A DNA stretch of 64,000 nt from Eledone cirrhosa (Eukaryota): assembly GCA_964016885.1 (NCBI GenBank), contig OZ024754.1, positions 45,384,001 through 45,448,000 of the forward strand, given 5' to 3'. Both the position numbers and the translations under genes were made by a program. Every line of letters begins with the position of its first letter. Position 1 is the first letter of the stretch. This document shows, piece after piece, positions 1 to 14,687 of this stretch. Under the pieces are notes generated by a model. The model searched no databases and was not told where the DNA came from. It saw only the letters and a list, made by a program, of their open reading frames with translations.

Positions 1-136
1 ATATATATATATATATATGCATATATATATATATATATATGCATATATATATATATATGCATATATATATATATATATATATATTATTCATATATATATA
101 TATATATATATATGCATATATATATATATATATATA

Positions 137-178
<42 letters not shown>

Positions 179-195
179 TATATATATATTTATAT
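1..195. repeat. (TA)n microsatellite with periodic GC interruptions
   Basis: Direct reading: TA runs punctuated by TGCA. Confidence 0.95.
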
Positions 196-655
196 ATTTG
201 TATAAGACCTAATAAGTACATCGATATGTAGGTTATATGCAATACCCACCGGCGTTCAACAATTGTCATTCCTTTTTCTCCCTCATATTGAACCTTCTCC
301 AGTAACCCCCATAATGCATTGCGCAAACGATGTAACATAATTGCAATTTGACATTGGAACATTTTTATTCATGTAATAGTTCCACATTGGATGTCTGCAA
401 TTATTTCCTGACTTTGCAGAATACCTCCTTGTATTTGAGTTGAGTACTTACTAGTTTGGCGAATAGAAATCGATATATGCATTAAACCTGTTTCAATGTC
501 ATCTTTGAACATTTTGCTATGATTATTGTCACCATTTCTATCTCGTTAACATGTTGGCTTCACCGAAGTATTAAGTAAGGTATATTGTAACAACCTAATA
601 CATAACAGAGGATATATTTTGGCTTCCTTTCTCTCTCTCTCCCTCTCTCTTTCTA

Positions 656-698
<43 letters not shown>

Positions 699-726
699 TT
701 ATATACATATATATATATATATATAT

Positions 727-910
727 AACGAAGGAAGTGTAGTAAGGAATCATATGGACCATAACGCACCAGAGTACTCAATACTTAGGGTAGTAGGGTG
801 GGTGATAGGAAAATGTTTAACCCCGACGGCAGAGCTCAAGCCGTTTCAACGGCTATTTATGGACTGAAATAGCCGTCGAAACGGCTTGAGCTCTGCCGTC
901 GGGGTTAAAC
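727..910 (-). mobile_element. Fold-back non-autonomous element, family A copy 1 (PLE-terminus-like)
   Basis: Inverted arms 815-858 and 867-910 (GTTTAACCCCGACGGCAGAGCTCAAGCCGTTTC...) plus an unpaired extension 727-814 abutting (TA)n. Homologous to 8568-8756 and 23462-23600. Confidence 0.85.
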
Positions 911-915
911 ACTTT

Positions 916-989
<74 letters not shown>

Positions 990-1465
990 CATTTATATAT
1001 GTATGTCTATTTGTATGTATGTAAATATTTATATATTGATGTATGTATGTATGTAGGTAGGAATGTTTATATATTCATGTATCTATATTTATATATCTGT
1101 TTGAGTATATATGTATGCATATATGTATCTTTTCTTCAAAATCGGAAGACAGAAATTTGTACTTAGGTAGCTAAATTATAACAAAAGGGATCTTTTCTCA
1201 AATTCTATACCTTCAATCTCCATAGTGAGACAAATCCAGGAAGGTTTCTGTTCACACCCGCAATATAATGGACGGGATTTAGAGTAGTACTTGCGTAAAA
1301 TAAATTGACCATAATAGCTGTTTTATTTTATGTTCATATCTGTATTTTCTGCATTTTATGGATCTCATATTCAACGATGTTCTTAATGGTAAGAATATAA
1401 CCATTGAGTGAAGTGTCGTAGCCCGAACAACAAAACAATATGAGCTACATATCACAGTATTTCAC

Positions 1466-1523
<58 letters not shown>

Positions 1524-1627
1524 AGGATTTAGCATTTTGTACTTAGAATACGGTGTGCAGGAACAAATACTGAATACTAATCAACGCCGCAAGGGTTCCA
1601 TAACTCCAATGCTTTGGTCAATTAAAA

Positions 1628-1810
1628 TAATTGTTTCTACTTTAGGCACAAGGCCAGCAATCACCCAGTGCATTACTGGTACTTTATTTTATCGACCCCG
1701 TAAGGATGAAAGGCAAAGTCAACCTCGGCGGGATTTGAACTCAGATCATATAGGGACGTAACTATGCTGGAAAGCATGGCGTCCGACCCTCTACCGATAC
1801 TCCCAATTCC
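1628..1810 (-). mobile_element. tRNA-derived SINE family 1 (short form)
   Basis: Reverse complement has B box GAGTTCAAATCC, core CTTTGCCTTTCATCCTTACGGGGTCGATAAAATAAAGTACCAG and 3' end GGCCTTGTGCC..AGTAGAAACAATTA. Many copies in the window. Confidence 0.9.
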
Positions 1811-3614
1811 AGTTTAATCGTCGAGGTAAGTTCAAATGTTGCACCGAGTGGTGTACCTCACAATATACTGACACCTTAATCAGGAGAGTATTTTTTTCAG
1901 TAAATCATTTATTCCATGGATTTACACACCGCACAGATACGTAAGATTGTCCATGTCGATCCTCTGACTTCAATGCAATTAATACAAATATATCTAATAT
2001 AATTCGAAATAACAACGCTTCATTAAATGTATCTCCGAATGTAGACATCAAATTAATTTTGTTGTTGGTTATTTTTAAAAATAAATACACAGTTCGATAT
2101 TGTAGCAGTTCTATTAATCGAATTTTAAGAACGATGCGAAGTCTACAATAAAATGTACCAAAACAATGCGTGAATATAAATCAATGATACATTTGTAATT
2201 ACTAAGAACTCCTGCCAATTACAATCCTTCAGCAAGTGATTATAAATATCCGACAAAAGTTATTTTGGATGATTTGCCAAATTAATTAGGATATATAAGA
2301 AGTTAAATAAATTAATACAATCAAAACGAAATATTGTAAATGAGAGTAGGTGAACAACGAATATCTATTTTAAGAATACAAATGTATTGAAATGGGGAGA
2401 TAATCGACTGCTAAAGGGAGGACGAGGAAGGAAGTTAATATAAAACTATTAACTTTAATTTCAACTGAGATTAAAACGTACATGTGACTAAATTCACTTG
2501 GATAAATACGATTGTAACAATAACAAAAGAGTTGGGTTAAAACATTTCTATGTATGTATATATATCCATGTATGTATGTGCAGACTACCTGATATTTGTC
2601 TGTGAAGTAGACACGTACCGTAATTGAATATGAATAAAATAAAAAGAGTTAAGCGGTTTTTATTCCCATTGATCAAGCTTTTTTTTTTTTTCACTTCAGC
2701 CATACAACTAGACATAGAGGAAACTTGTGGATTTCTGGTTTTTTGAAAAACAAGTGCTTAGAAGATGAAAGACCGAACAGATGCAGTGAGACATAAAATC
2801 TGAATACCGACAGACGTAAATAGATTTTATGATATTTTTGTCGGACATTATAACAATTCAGCTGCTACACCGTCTGTACAAAGTGTATATGTTCGACTAG
2901 ATTGTTCAGCTCTCGGTGTTAAGTTATGTAAGTTATGATTGGAAAGAAAGTTTTTCTCAGTAATCAAAATCAGCTTCAAAACAGGTGAAAATTAAAGGAC
3001 CTCTGAGATATGTTGAAATAGATGAATACGCCTAATAGAGCTGTACAAATTATTTTGTTTATATAGTATATTATTTCATAGAAATTTTATTTTAATATAT
3101 CAGGTACATAATAAATTATGCAATATTGAAAACAATAGCTATGTCATTTTGCTGGTCACCAATGTAGCATGTTATGTCGTGTAAGAAAAATGCTTCAAGC
3201 TGAAGTAAACTTTAGAGTAAAGAACCATATGAATAATAGATGTGACTCATATAGGCAAAGATATGTATTTATAATGAGAGCGACAGAGAGAGAAAAAGAT
3301 ATAAAGAAGAGCGAGAGAGAGAGAGAGAGAGATCGCAAGGACGAGAATGAAAGAAAGAAAAAGTGAATGAAATTTAATAGTAAGAGTGTAGCAGTAAACA
3401 TGAGATGAATTTTAAAATATTCATATGCAATGTCTAATTTTTAGAATCAAAAGTAAGCTACGTTTCTTATGAATAAATAAAAAGGGAAAAATGACAGATG
3501 AGACAGATAGAGACAAAGGACTTGTAGAAGAAGAATAAAGGAACTATATTCATGCAGCGATAGGATTATTAACACTGTTGCTGTCCATTTTCTTATGTCA
3601 GTTACAAAGTAGAA

Positions 3615-3683
3615 TGGTTCTTGCGGTTTTAGATTTTATGAGCATGTTGGTTCTTGCGGTTTCAGATTTTATGAGGATGCTGG
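3615..3683. repeat. 33-bp tandem duplication
   Basis: TGGTTCTTGCGGTTT(T/C)AGATTTTATGAG(C/G)ATG occurs twice, starting at 3615 and 3648. Confidence 0.9.
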
Positions 3684-4957
3684 CCCACATGTATTGGCGA
3701 AATTTTATTAGAAATACTTCATATTGGTATTTATCCAGGAAAACCCAATGTGCAGAATGTTGTAGAATGAAGCAGGTTGCGGGAAAAATAATAAGTTCGA
3801 TATTCTCTAAATATCTAAAAAATTATGATATACTTTATGGTAAGAGTATATAAGGTTAGAATTAATAGAGAAATATTTGAAGACTAGAAAAACAGAGTTA
3901 ATAGTTGGAGATCTAGAAGGATGAAGTGAAACAAATAACAGAAATGACCATTGGGTCTCTGTATCATGTCTCTCTAAGGAATTTTATTAAACATACATAT
4001 CATTTTATCGGTTAGACAGAAAGAGACAGTGATCATGTACATCGTTGCAGCGTCTGAAACTACCGAGAGGAATAGAAATATCCTTGGTCTGAAAACCTGC
4101 CGCGAATCCTTGCAATTGTGCAAATTTCACTAAAGAATCTATGAGACATTTAATGGAGTTTAACACATTCGGTACATTAAATCGACCGCCAAAGAATATG
4201 GAGTGACAATATGTCTGATTATTTCGCGATTGAAATTACAGCTGATGATATTTTGTTTCATATACACATCCACTTATGTACATATGGACATGGATTCTCA
4301 CCTACTATTACTTAAAAAACAAACTATTTCAGTTCGATAGTACGAGGATATATTCATATTTCTCCCGAATACAAATGTTTTTTCTATGACATTGAATAGA
4401 GGATCACCATCAGAAGATGGTTCGTAGCATGCTTTCACCTACATGGTTTTTATTTTTTTAAATGATATAAATTATGAAGGAAGTAAGAGTTCGTTCATAA
4501 AATCATAGATTTAGACTCTTTGTTGACTTTCAGTATTCTATATACCATATATCATAGACTCTCCATATAGGATGTACATGTTTGGAGTCTTAAAATAAGA
4601 GAACAGCCTAGAATGTTCGCATTGATCGTTAAGCATATTTTAGAAATGGTCGCTCTGTGATATATCAGAGAATCCTTTCGATTCTAATTTCGCCATCTGA
4701 AAGAATAGAGTGGAAATATTGGTGAATGTCTATTTTTTCTGTAAATGAGACCGTGTCTTCTGACCGATGACGATTTAAGCAATAATGATGAATCGACCCA
4801 AACATGTTTGGGCGGGGCGTAGAGGAAATGTCGTGAGTTCAAGCTCTTAACGAGCTTGCTCCGAAGCATTGCTATGATTAATATTTGGCTCCCCTCATGG
4901 GATATCAAAGTCAACAAATAATGTTCAAGGAAGATCAATAAATAATAATGACATCGA

Positions 4958-4975
4958 TACTACTACTACTACTGT

Positions 4976-5043
<68 letters not shown>

Positions 5044-5067
5044 ATAATAATAATAATAATAATAATA

Positions 5068-5103
<36 letters not shown>

Positions 5104-5157
5104 ATAGTAATAATAATAATTATAATTATAATAGTAATAATAATAATAATAATAATG
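4958..5157. repeat. (CTA)n-(TAA)n-(TTA)n trinucleotide microsatellite
   Basis: Direct reading. Source of the poly-L/poly-I ORF. Confidence 0.95.
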
Positions 5158-5994
5158 AGGTAAAGAAGAAGCAGAACAAAACGAAGGACAAAAACGTGAA
5201 CAAGAAGAATAAGAATAATAACAATAATAGTAATAATAAAATAAACTTTTTAAAAATCACAAAGAATAACAATTATGAAGAGAAAAAAACATGATTACCC
5301 AAACAATATGACTACTGCCGAAGATAACAAAGGTACTATAGTTCACCATTATCATCATCATCATCGCCGTCATCATCATCATTATCATCGTCTTCGTCAT
5401 CATCATCTGAGGTTTGAGCGCCATCTTCGTCTCATAACCATCGTTGTCGTCAATCAACAGACAAAGAATTAAAGAACGGACTAAAATACTATCAACCCCA
5501 AAAAAGGGTGGAGGAGAAAAGCATAGAAAAAAGATGGCGGTGGTGGTGGACGTAGTAAAATTAATATCGTTTCTTCGTTTTATTGTGTTTATTTCTCTTT
5601 CTTCGTGTAATTTTTAAATAAAAATTCTAATAAGAATAACAAAGACAGAAAGAAAATCTGATATTAGACGACAATAAAATTAATAGCAATAGAACAACAA
5701 ACACAACAACAATAACAACAATACCAATAACAAGGAAAATGACTACGACGGTGACCTCAAGGACGAGGAGGAGAATAATAATAATAATAATAGCAATAAT
5801 AATAATAATAATAATAATAATGAAGCAGCAACTGCATTTTGCTTTCAAATATTAAAATTGATTCGTTTTTTATTATTTTTAGTGTTTCTGTAATTATTTA
5901 AACAAAACTATCAATAATCGTATCTCTTATTTTCTTGCTTCCATCTTTAATGAACACTAAAAACAATTACAATAACAATAATATTAATGTTCCC

Positions 5995-6011
5995 ATTATT
6001 ATTACTATTAC

Positions 6012-6076
<65 letters not shown>
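5995..6076. repeat. (ATT)n microsatellite
   Basis: Direct reading. Confidence 0.95.
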
Positions 6077-6080
<4 letters not shown>

Positions 6081-6119
6081 TTTTCGCAGTAAATATGATA
6101 AATACTGTATAGTCTATTG

Positions 6120-6397
6120 CATGGCGATTCTCAATAAGAAATTTAGAGAGACTGCTTTCCTGAACATGTGCAATGCCAAAGGATAAATGATTTGGAGAAG
6201 GTCATTTTGTGATTTGAGGTATATTTGGTAAAGTTACTATATCAAGTGACATCAATCCCATGGTTCTCATGACAACTTGAGTAAGTTGTTAGATGGTGGA
6301 GACCAAAATCACATATATTCCTTCTTCAGCTTCAGTTACTACTGGTTTGCTTCTCCATTTCAAAGACTTCCTTGTTTTGGTCTCCTGGTATGGTAAC
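6120..6397 (-). pseudogene. Decayed 3' fragment of an R4/Dong-like (RLE endonuclease) non-LTR retrotransposon
   Basis: Minus-strand translation DVTIPGDQNKEVFEMEKQ resembles the RLE motif DVxxPxDxxxxxKExEKxxKY. RKAVSLNFLLR resembles the terminal QKAVLLGTxxILR. Followed on the same strand by (TAA)n. Confidence 0.5.
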
Positions 6398-6414
6398 ATC
6401 TCTCTCTCTCTCTG

Positions 6415-6501
<87 letters not shown>

Positions 6502-7244
6502 CTATATATATATATATATATATTTCTTCATTGAATTGGCTTGTTCGCTTTGTTGTATTCGTTTGCTTTTTGAAATAAATACAGACATATATATATATAT
6601 AGATAGATAGATAGATAGATAGATAGGTAGGTAGAAATAAGGATCATTCTAGTAGGGCAATCAATTAATAGCATCTGCCACACAAGTATATGATTCTAAT
6701 AACTTAAACATAATTTTAAATATAAGATTCTGATTTATAACTTCTATCAATACCAACATTATTAATTTTAAAAATCACTCGTATTCACGCCTATACACAC
6801 AAACACATACAGATACATACACCCACACCCACACACACATACCCCCCCCACCCACATATATATATACATCATGTATATATATACACATACATATATATAT
6901 ATATATATGTACAAATATACATATATATAAATGAAGTAATTCCGTCGGAAAAGTCCAGGAAAGAAGAGTGCTCTATGTAGGTAACAGAGCTTAATAGTTA
7001 TGTAATAAACAACATGAGGCAATTATTCCATTTACCAGTGGTTTCTTAAAAGCAAAAGATTTTGCTTTCAATCCTCAGAATGAAAAAATCCTGGTCTGTT
7101 TATTGAATTTGGATTTAAAAAAAAAAAAAAACTATATATATATATATAGTTATATATATATATATATATATAGTTATACTTGGATAGGGACATATTGTTG
7201 TAGTAATATTGGCAGAAATACTAATAGAACACACTCACTGCATG

Positions 7245-8193
<949 letters not shown>

Positions 8194-8194
8194 T

Positions 8195-8463
8195 TTTGAT
8201 CATGCCTTTATTTTTAAATTTTCTCATTCCTTGTATTTTGATCATGCTTTATTTGTTAATTTTTCATTCGCACCGTTTCCTTTCGCTATATGTCTCTCCA
8301 CCACTCCCCTACACACCTTTTGAACTCTGTTCCCACACACTTCTCACCCGAAGAAGGGCTTATGCCCGAAACGTCGTCCCCCACCTACCCCACACTCTCC
8401 TGAGCGTGAATTTAATAAACATTTATCGTACTGCCTCTCTGTTCTGTCCCTGTTCAATTTTTC

Positions 8464-8466
<3 letters not shown>
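8195..8466 (+). mobile_element. PLE pseudo-LTR-like fragment with minimal hammerhead motif
   Basis: CCGAAGA-A-GGGC-TTAT-GCCC-GAAAC-GTC at 8348-8375, AATAAA downstream, (TA)n on both sides. Confidence 0.7.
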
Positions 8467-8507
<41 letters not shown>

Positions 8508-8567
8508 CATATATACATATATACATATAAATGCATTTTTATATCCATATTTATATATATATATATA

Positions 8568-8754
8568 GGAACCAGTAACACCCCGACAGCTGAGCTCAAG
8601 CCGTTTCGACGGCTAATTCTGCAGAATTAGCCATCGAAACGGCTTGAGCTCAGCTGTCGGGGTCTTACTGGTTCCTATTACCCACTCTACTACATCAAGT
8701 ATTGAGTACTTTGTTGCGTTATGGTCCACCTGGTTCCTTACCACATTTCCTTCG

Positions 8755-8756
<2 letters not shown>
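8568..8756 (+). mobile_element. Fold-back non-autonomous element, family A copy 2
   Basis: Palindrome centred on TTCTGCAGAA (~8618-8627) with arms out to 8568 and 8676, unpaired tail to 8756, flanked by a long direct duplication. Confidence 0.85.
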
Positions 8757-8808
<52 letters not shown>

Positions 8809-8855
8809 GTATATACATATATACATATATACATATAAATGCATTTTTATATCCA

Positions 8856-8890
<35 letters not shown>

Positions 8891-9892
8891 GTGTATATTA
8901 TATATGTAATACATATATGTGTGCACGTGAGTGTGTCATAGATATATGAATTCTACTTGTTCCCTTCATAATATATCAATTAATTTAATTAATAATGCGT
9001 ATTTATCAAATATTTGCTACTAATTATCTTAGAAAGCTGCGAAGTATTATTCATTTCCGCTGTGATATTAATTAATTATATTTACAGAACAAATGCATTG
9101 TCAGATTAAGTAAGACTTCTTACCCAGTAGGTTGTAATGGAACTTAATGAATTGTTGCGAAAAAATAAAACAATATTTGATAAATTTTACGGAATCTTAT
9201 TATGTTGTAAATAAGAATGACTAGGGGTTCAAATCTAATGTATTCAGGATTCCTGAACATTTATAACGAAGCTTCATTTGTCGCACGTTAGTTTTTATTC
9301 ATACATGTCCATGAGTAATGTATAACCTGAAACATTATACAAGATTAACCACACATATAGATATTAGCTAAATAGCGAGAGATTGTCTTGATACATGGCA
9401 AATATTGTTTGACATAAGCATATAAAAACCAAGCATTTACACTCGCTAGTCCAGTATGTTGAACAACCACGGACAAGGTTTTCATTTGATTACACGGCTC
9501 TATAACTCAACGGTTCTTTATTTCCGTCACTCAACGTTCTGACACCGTATTTTCACCTTGATCAAAATATTACCTCTTTTCTGTATGAATTCCCCCTTAT
9601 TTTGAAATCGGAATCTCATGCAATAAAGACTCATAACCTCAGCATACTTTCAGCGTGTGCCTACAAAACCCCAAAATACAGCTGATCATTTTAGCATAGA
9701 TCTTGTAGTGACGGTCGCATTTCCGAATTGGGCATCTCGTGTCTCCTTGTACAGTAATTGATAATCTGCACTTTGCTACAATGAATTCTTCCACTACAGA
9801 TGGATGGCAATGAAAACTGGAGAAGCCATTAAAATATCGTTATAAATGCCTGCATATAACTCCGTATATATGTATATATATATATATATATA

Positions 9893-9939
<47 letters not shown>

Positions 9940-10074
9940 CTATACTTTCATTTATATATATATATTTATATACACCGTAAGACCTTTCTTTTTCCATGTC
10001 TCTCTGTCTTCACTTTCTCTCTTTTTATTCATCTCTCTTACTTTTAACCTATCATTCTATTTCCTCTTCCCTGG

Positions 10075-10141
<67 letters not shown>

Positions 10142-11094
10142 AGTCTGCCTTCTACTCTCACTCTCTTAATTTTCATTTCTGCCTTACCTATTTATTACAT
10201 CCTCTCTATAAACATCCTTTCTCTCATTCTACCGCAATGCTGCAGTTCTGCTTTCACTATTTTGTCCAGCATTTTTTCTATTACGTCTTATATTATCTCC
10301 TGTTCTGTTTGGCTACACTTCCCCTCCCCCCCTTAATACTGACATTCTATACTCACTCTTTACTATGATACAACCTCTCTCACTGTTCACATGCTTTAGT
10401 TAATCTACACCAATGTATCAGAATGTATCTTGTGCATGCTAGCTTTCTGATTAATTATAAACCTGCCTGACATTAAGGCAGTCTCACTCCCTGGTGACCA
10501 ACACATCACAAGATTTCGTGATATCAAACAACCTCTGTTTGTCTACCCCATTATCAAAACACCAGTACGTTAGAAATAACGCATATACCCTAACACACAC
10601 ACACATACACAGATGCATAGACCCACACTTTCAAGACAATACACATTGAAACAGTAATACACATATACAAACTATCGAGGATGATTCTACATAGTCACAC
10701 TAATTGTTAGAAAGAACAACCAGTTATAAGTCAAACCAAACACAAGTATATTTAATACAGGCGTAGACACATTGTGTAATGTAGACTTAGAGAAAGTGTT
10801 TGGATGTTAAACGGAATTTCTCCAGTTGTAACAGACTGTTTCATAGATATGCTCAAACAAACATAGCTAGTAATGTGTTCGCTAGTTTACTTACATACAT
10901 ACATGCCTACATTACACATATATATATATATATATGTGTGTGTGTGAGTGTGTGTGTGTGTGTGTGTATATATATATGTTTATCTATGTATGAATAAATT
11001 ATATTATATTGTTCCAAGTCTCAAATTTGACCATAACTCCGGAAAAAAGGCATGAAAATAGTGACCTTGTTTCAGGCGCTAAAACGAGTTACTA

Positions 11095-11183
<89 letters not shown>

Positions 11184-12055
11184 GTGTGTGTGTGTGTGTG
11201 TGATTCTAAGAATATATTTGGAAGTGTTACTGCCATTATCTGTTTCGAAATCTAATCGATTCTAAGATACTTTGATTGGGTGTTGAATCTATGTCTCAGA
11301 CAATGTCTCGAAAACATGTTTTTGCTTGTCTACGTAATTACGTGTGTATACGTATTTCCAGGTGTGGTGTGTACCTATTTTGGGCTGTCTATATATGTAT
11401 TATTTAGTGCCTATATTCATCTGTGTCTGTACGTGTGTATATACGCATGTCGGCTTCATCCCCGAACAGCTGATTTCCTTCATAAAACCGGAAAGACCGC
11501 AGCCAGCCTTAGGAAGTATCCCCGTTGTGTGGAATGGTTGATGCAGTGGTTGTCGCTGGCCAGTTTTCCCATCAATGCGTTGGTCAATTTGTTCACGGTG
11601 CACAGCTGAAACACCGCTCAGATTAGGGGTGAAGTCTGTTGATCCCACACCTCCCTTTCTCTTTTGTTACTTATTTATATTTTTTTTCTGATCTTCCTTT
11701 CTATTTTTCGTTGCCTTTAGGCTGTGTAGGTCCCAAAATATAAACATAATTAGCAGAATTGAAAAGAATAAATTCATCATACAGAAGAGACGTCTAATGA
11801 TTTTGGGAACGTCTTGTACATGGAATGTCAAAGGTTAAACAGATTAGTGTTTGTGAGAGTGGAGAAATGTTGGTGAAGGATTAGGAAATATATGTAGGTG
11901 GATGTCAACAATTAAGACGATGAGATAAGGAAAAAAGACCTCCAAAAACTCCCAAATTATAAAAAAGACGAAGTGACGAGATAAACATCAAAACAAATAT
12001 CTACACACACACAGAGACACACACGCACTGACACACATACACACGCGCGCCCACT

Positions 12056-12120
<65 letters not shown>

Positions 12121-12231
12121 CACAAACCAACTCTAACACACTTGAAGAAAGTTAAAATATTTTATTTGTCTTCAACATGTTTCAACAGGAAAAAGATGGG
12201 TACTGGTACTGCATTTTTTATTAAAAAGATT

Positions 12232-12382
12232 CATTACTGGTACTGCATTTTTTATCGACCCCGTAATGATAAATAACAAGACTAACGTCGGCGGGATTTA
12301 AACTCAGATCGTAAAGGGGCGTAACGGTATGGTATAACGCATGCTGTCCGACGCTCTACCGAGACTGCCAACTCACTGTCCT
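12232..12382 (-). mobile_element. SINE family 1, 3'-truncated
   Basis: ATCGACCCCGTAATGAT...GGCGGGATTTAAACTCAGATC...CTGCCAACTCACTGTCCT matches the reverse complement of the family. Confidence 0.85.
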
Positions 12383-13008
12383 CTATTACTAACATTTGAT
12401 ATGTGTACCTAAATATATATAAATAACCAAGTATCGCAACAGTTTCCTGACACCATGACACTGACTTGATATCTACTTGTCATTCCTTGTAATGGGCTCT
12501 TCCTGCATTTCTGTAGAGTCATATTATAACTCTAAAGATGGAGGATTGGCTTAAATTTATGGTTAAAGATGGATTCATCGCATCAATGTTTCTATTCTAT
12601 ATATATGAGAGCGTCACTGAAGTTTCACCATTAACTATTTTTTTCATCATATTTTCATGCTGGTCTTGTTGAAACATATGTAAGACAATAAAGTTACTTA
12701 TATTTCAACATCTTCATTTCTAACCATTTTAAGTGAACACTGCATCTACAATCATAAAACAGGTCGGATTTATTTAATATTGCTTTAATTAGTTATTCCC
12801 TAGAGATTGAACCATTGAAGAATTGAGAATGACTTCCGGCTTGAAACTGTATTAGTGAAACAATAGTAATGTGTGTATATGTGTGTGTGTATTGTGACTA
12901 TGCATTGCGGAAGGCAGTACAATGCCAATACCAAATACAATTCACATTGTACCGGCTTTCCCAATATCTTCTTAATTACATATCTCACAATGGTTCACCT
13001 AATATAAT

Positions 13009-13050
<42 letters not shown>

Positions 13051-13395
13051 TACAATCATACGTACGTACATACATATATTCGGTTTATTGGAGTTTTCAC
13101 CCACTCCCAATATACAGACATTGTGTCTGTATTTGTATGTTTATAATTTAAGCAGGGCTCTTCCCTTGTGCATTTTACACTCACGTATTCTTGAATACAA
13201 TACCAGTGCATTATGATAGATATCTCTTCAGCCAAGTAGAATATCATTGATCCCCCTGTAAAAATTTGTGTAATTTAATATTAGTTTCCTTACACTTGGG
13301 ATGAACTTCTGAATTGTCTCTGGTAGAAGATTTGATCTGGGCTAATAAACAACAAATCTAGATGTCTAGTATTAATTTGTTTAGTAATAATTAAT

Positions 13396-13586
13396 AGGGC
13401 GGTGAATTGGCAGTATCAGCAGAGGGTCGGACATGCTTTCCAGCATAGTTACGTCCCTTTAAGATCTGAGTTCAAATCCCGCCGAGGATTAACTTTGCCT
13501 TTCATCCTTACGGGGTCGATAAAATAAAGTACCAGTAATGCACAGGATAATTGCTGGCCTTGTGCCTGAAGTAGAAACAATTAATT
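13396..13586 (+). mobile_element. SINE family 1, full length with probable 13-bp TSD
   Basis: Starts AGGGCGGTGAATTGGCAGTATC (A-box-like), has B box GAGTTCAAATCCC, core and tail. TTTAGTAATAATT at 13380-13392 and 13589-13601. Confidence 0.92.
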
Positions 13587-14099
13587 ATTTTAGTAATAAT
13601 TGTCAACATTTTAACATTAAAAACAACATTTATGATTTATCGAAGCGCTAGCATTGTTGGAAATGTAGACATATTTGATTCCCAGAGATAAAAAATAATT
13701 GCAATGACTCTCGTTCTCTATAGATAATAATTACGGAAGTTGTGTAAATTATCCTTAAATACGAGAAAGAATATGAACAGAGATATAAAACGCATATGCC
13801 TCGAATATTAAGCATGGTGAAAGACTTAATACAAATAAGTTTCTGTGTTTGTAACTCTCACCGTTTCAAATGAACTAATCTTTTTTTAATCAAGCATATT
13901 CAAAATGGAGAATGGTTATATATTACGTCTTAATAAATGAATATATTCGATCTATTCTGTCATAAACTATTTTCCATGGTGCATCGCTTCTTTAGTTTTG
14001 CTCAGTACATTTATTTTAGCACCAATAAAGTCGAGATTATTTATGTAAAGCTTTGATTTATATTCAGGTTTTCTTCGGGTAATTTGGGTTTGAGCATAG

Positions 14100-14272
14100 G
14101 ATTGGTAGTATCGGTAAAGGGTCGGATGCCATTCTCTGCAGCATAGAATTACCGTCTTGTACGGTCTGAGTTCAAATCCCGCTAGGGTTAATTTTACTTT
14201 TAATCCATACGGAGTTGAAGTACCAGAAATCACTGGGATAATTGCTTGCCTTGCGCCAAAAAAGAAACATTT
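14100..14272 (+). mobile_element. SINE family 1, diverged
   Basis: TTGGTAGTATCGGTAAAGGGTCGGA...CTGAGTTCAAATCCCGC...AAGTACCAG...GCCTTGCGCCAAAAAAGAAAC. Confidence 0.85.
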
Positions 14273-14687
14273 ATATTAATACTTCCCAATAATTTAACTG
14301 AATTTTTCTTTTGATCAAAAATATAGTCAGAAATATAGATTGATTATATATTAGTACTAAATATATTCATATATTATATATCAAACTCTTTTGAACAGCG
14401 TCTTCTGAAAAGTGTCTTCTGAAAAGTTACTCAGTACATTTATATTAATAGCATTACAGTCGATAATATGTAGACAATTGTTTTATTTATGTTCACTTTA
14501 GTTTTTAATTTTATTTATTGATTTATCGCTCATCTTAAATAGAATATCTTAATTCTAAATTCTACTGCTTCATATATTACAATATTAATTTCTAATATTA
14601 ACAGTAGTCTAAACATTTGAAGAGGGTAGGTGAACACGTCGTCGATGCTCTTTGTGCAGATTTTCTTTTATACATTTACTGGTTTCA

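Noticed and set aside
230-600. Non-repetitive stretch with short open frames on minus
   Set aside because: No recognisable domain and stops in all frames.
1901-1940. Candidate micro-exon with AG/GT boundaries (similar ones at 38485-38542 plus and 47493-47531 minus)
   Set aside because: Such splice-like pairs are expected by chance in 64 kb. No recognisable peptide or consistent gene model.
4948-6186. Poly-L/I/H/M ORFs
   Set aside because: Products of (CTA)n, (ATT)n and (CAT)n microsatellites.
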